From Stylophora pistillata (Eukaryota), in NCBI RefSeq assembly GCF_002571385.2, contig NW_019217810.1, positions 35,052 to 99,051 on the forward strand: a stretch of DNA of 64,000 bases, given 5' to 3'. The notes under the pieces were generated by a model. The model was not told the DNA's origin. It did not search any database and worked only from the letters and a program-made list of their open reading frames with translations. Positions 60,501 through 64,000 of this stretch are shown here, piece by piece (within the stretch, counting starts at the first letter, position 1; every line of letters begins with the position of its first letter). Made by a program: the position numbers and the translations under genes.

Positions 60501-62413
60501 CTCATCCAATCTGACTTGTCAGGAAGTCGGTATACCAACCTTCTTTCCGTCTTTATGTTCCCGTGTTGTACGACACACTAGGTTGGACCTAACTGAGTCA
60601 GACAACTAGGTGAGTGTGATGAGTGCCAACAAATTACTAAAATCAAAACGTTGGCTTTTCTTTCATTCGTATTTTGTGAAATCGGAAAGTACCTTTAAGT
60701 GTTACATTCAAATTTCCGTCAGATTTTCAGTTAGATTTGAACAAATTTACAGCTGTGTGGCAGTTTTCAAACGACCGTATACCGATAAAAGAAGGCCTCA
60801 ATCTAAATCCTCCGTGCTGAAAAGTCTTTGAATTTCAAAATGTTACTTTTTTCTCCCCAAAACGTCCAATTCTGTTGAAAGGTCCTTTATTTCAAATTCT
60901 TCTGGGCAGAACTTTCATTTTCCACATCCGAAAAATTGCTTGTTATCACGAAACCCGCGTGTCTGTACTAAAATGGGACTGAAGCTCTGCGTGACGTCAC
61001 GCTAGTTTGCTGACGAGATTGACGGCAGATAAAAATAATAACTGCTAATGTGGAATAAATTGGCCACAATAGTGACGCTTTTATTTCAACCGACATCAAG
61101 AACATTGATATAATAAACATCACGCAATCTCTTAAGCAAAGGTGGGTTAAATATCGGCAAAGAGCCAAATACATATAAAAAGGCAACGAAAGCCTGAAGA
61201 GGAGGCCGGAGCATGGGGAGAGGGCTTGAAAATTCTTCTATAGTACCAAAAATCTGTGTTCGGATGTTAACACGAAGGAAATGAATGCGAAAAGACCAGG
61301 AGAGAAACTAACGCTGCCTATAACCTTGGTGCTATTTGATCTGACCTCATTTGATTGGCTTAAGATCTGTGATTGATAACGCTCCTTGCCCTATGCAAAG
61401 GCACACCTTAATACTTAACTATACTGACGGGCCTCGAGATAAAATCACATTACGCTTATGTCATAATGTTGGCCTTTTCGTGGCCGCACTGGTATTTGAA
61501 ACCCTCTTTGGATGTCATTCCGACAACTTTATAGTAGTAGGTAAAACTGATTTGAACTTAAAAGATGACGGATTCTTTTTCAACTCAATAGGTGCCTGTT
61601 CTGCTGTCCAAAGTTACCAGACTCATTTTCACTCGTGTCCACAGTTTTAAAAAGCTCCCTTTTGGTGACCAAAAAGGTCATTTTTGTTCCCTCAGCGGTC
61701 AAAATACCAAAAGTCGGCAATGATGAAAGACAAAATAAACCTTCTTCCCAACTGAATATCGTTTCAAGCCGAAAAACAGTAGAAATATTTATGAAAAAGT
61801 CCTCACCTTTTAATAAGGGTTCTTTGGCTCTTTCCGTGTAACTTGTCGTGAAGTACTCTGAAGAACTTCCCACAAGCTACGCCGAATTTATAACATTAGC
61901 GATTACTGCTCCATTAGAATTTCTTTATTTTTATGTCATTACCAAATGCACCAGGAGCGCAATTTTCTTCAATAATTAATTCAGGGTCCCTTAAAAAAAA
62001 AAAGGAACGGCCACCTGCGCTCACTGAAAAATTCCAAACATTCTTGCGCATCACGGTAAAACATAAGCAAACTTTTATCCAGTTTATAGTAAATGAAATG
62101 AGCATCCTTTTTGTACAGGAACCCGACAATTTACAATGAAAGAAAATCTTCTTTCTCGTTTGCAATTGATATTTCAGACAAGAGAAATTAAACATTAACA
62201 AGTAATGATTGTCCTTTATTAGTTTGCGAACATAAATAACTAAATGTAGTTAACTTGAGGAAAAAGGAATTCAATTAGTCAAAACATTTTGTATAATAAT
62301 AAATTGAATGCCTTAAAACTCTGCCGACAGTTGGCGTTTCATGATCAATAACGATATAAACTAAGGTATTACCCGCAGTAAAGGTGCGATGCAAGATTTG
62401 AAACTGAAATTAA

Positions 62414-62616
62414 CCCTCCAACTTTCAATATTTGATTGTTAATTCTCCTTTCTAGTTGCTACACTGTCCTTGTAAATAAGTTACGAGAATTTGGGGTTGG
62501 ATCACGATAACAATTTCCGCTTAATAAGTTTGAGTATTCCCATTACCCATTCGTTGGATAATGTATAGATATTATAAGGAGAGGTTACCTGTCAATCTTT
62601 TCTTAGAGTTAAAGGG
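62414..62616. mobile_element. piggyBac-type MITE, full length
   Basis: TTAA-ccct...aaaggg-TTAA (62410-13 and 62617-20). Confidence 0.8.
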
Positions 62617-62668
62617 TTAATAACATCCAAGCTGAGATAGTCGGCATGGACTAAAAGACTTAAAATCA

Positions 62669-62762
62669 GGAACACCGGAAAACGCTGGAACACTGAAAAA
62701 CGCTGGAACACCGGAAACCGCTGGATCACCGGAACACCGGAACACGCCGGAACGCCAGAACA
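62669..62762. repeat. Degenerate ggaacacc tandem repeat
   Basis: Repeated 8-10-bp units ggaacacc / ggaaaacgct. Confidence 0.75.
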
Positions 62763-64000
62763 AGTTGGAGCGCAACGGGATATTCCCATGTCTGAAACGC
62801 TATCTGACTTACTGGCAAAAAGATTAACACCTATTTATAATACAAAAGACAGCAACATGACGGGGGATTGATGTGATTACCGCAGTTTAATATTTCGTGG
62901 TATTCCGGTGCTCAGAGTTTTCGTACTTGCCCAAATGAGCACCCACTGTTATAAATGATACCTGAAAACGGCTGGTTCAGTTCCATCGTGCTATTTTGAC
63001 CGAAATCCTGCGAAACAAGTTGCCACCAATATTTAAATATTTGATCGTGAAGTGCAACTGAACTGCCACTGAAGTGCCACTATTATGCACAGAGCGCCTA
63101 ATGATATCATTCACTACGAGGAAAAAACGACTAATTTCAGTTGGATGATTGCGGCATTTTTGAGGAGTATTGCAACTCAACGCACGAATTTCATTCTTTG
63201 TTCTCACGAGAATTCCTCAAAAATTATACCGTAAGTCCCTTGCGAAGATTCGAGGGATCCAATCGACTTTCCCGAGGACAATGGAGTGGTGCAAAACATT
63301 ATAACATGTCCAATTTTGTCGATCATTTTTTTAAGAGTAGATAGGGAGCCCTGAAAAATAGACCATCGGAGCATAAATTAATTCCAAGAAAAGATTGGTC
63401 ATGAAATCATTCCTTTCCCCCCTTCCTTTCAAAAATTGTTTTCTGTCAATTAAAAGGTCTAAATCTGGCTCATCCTCGGTGTAAGAACCGGTGAAGCTCA
63501 CAAGTGACGTAAAACAAAGACAATAAAACATTAGAAACAATAGAGTACAGCAAAACAATACCTCATGAAACAAAGAAAACCTCGTCAGGTTTTTACACCG
63601 AGGATGACCCCTAAATCTCGCTGGAGGGTGCCATCACGTTCTTTCTTTCTCCGCATAATTTCGATGCGATGAAAAAGTTTTCTTTTGTTAGATATTGTTC
63701 TCCTTCATTGGTCGTTGGCATCGTGTAGGACTCGTGCGTGCAACCGCGAAATTTCTGCAAATCCTTCAATACAATGCGACTTTGCGTTAAATGTATTTCT
63801 CCAGACCTAATGGGCTCCGGCCAGTTAAAGTAATTGTTCTCGCGCACAATTGCCTCAATATATTTCACCCTTGTCAAAAGCTAGTTTAAAGGAGAGACAA
63901 CCTGCATTAAAACCACCTGCTAGTAACGTTTTAGCAGCTTATTATTTTCTTGCTGGGGGGGGGGAGATTAACACAGGCTTTTCGGCGCCAAAGAAAAAGT

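Larger units (their letters stand above)
59050..63880 (-). pseudogene. Possible decayed protein-coding sequence, family not recognised
   Basis: A cluster of minus-strand ORFs, some sharing a frame across isolated stops (63573-62977 has only two internal stops), with splice-like sites at ~62961, ~60273 and ~59872. Confidence 0.3.

Overview
AT-rich eukaryotic (animal) genomic DNA with spliceosomal introns, three N gaps and many short interspersed repeats. The repeat repertoire and gene style suggest a cnidarian, probably a scleractinian coral (inference). Gene order: last exon of RPL4 (+); a divergent pair of tiny PKA RIIa dimerization/docking-domain ORFs; a six-coding-exon LRRC74-like LRR plus EF-hand gene with an RFX X-box, whose largest coding intron holds nested Penelope fragments, an intact minimal hammerhead ribozyme motif and a MITE; two convergent single-coding-exon FAM167-like proteins carrying RRxS motifs; three tandem NRY-type class A GPCRs, the third frameshifted; a divergent pair of secreted 8-Cys peptide genes; a split tRNA-Phe pseudogene; and a possible decayed gene at the right end. 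The best candidates for something undescribed are (i) the RIIa-only microproteins sitting beside RRxS-rich proteins and GPCRs, a possible PKA anchoring or decoy module, (ii) the Cys-rich peptide pair, and (iii) unrelated hairpin elements that converge on one GA/GNA/GA DNA hairpin tip. All family calls come from motif recognition by eye, not database searches.
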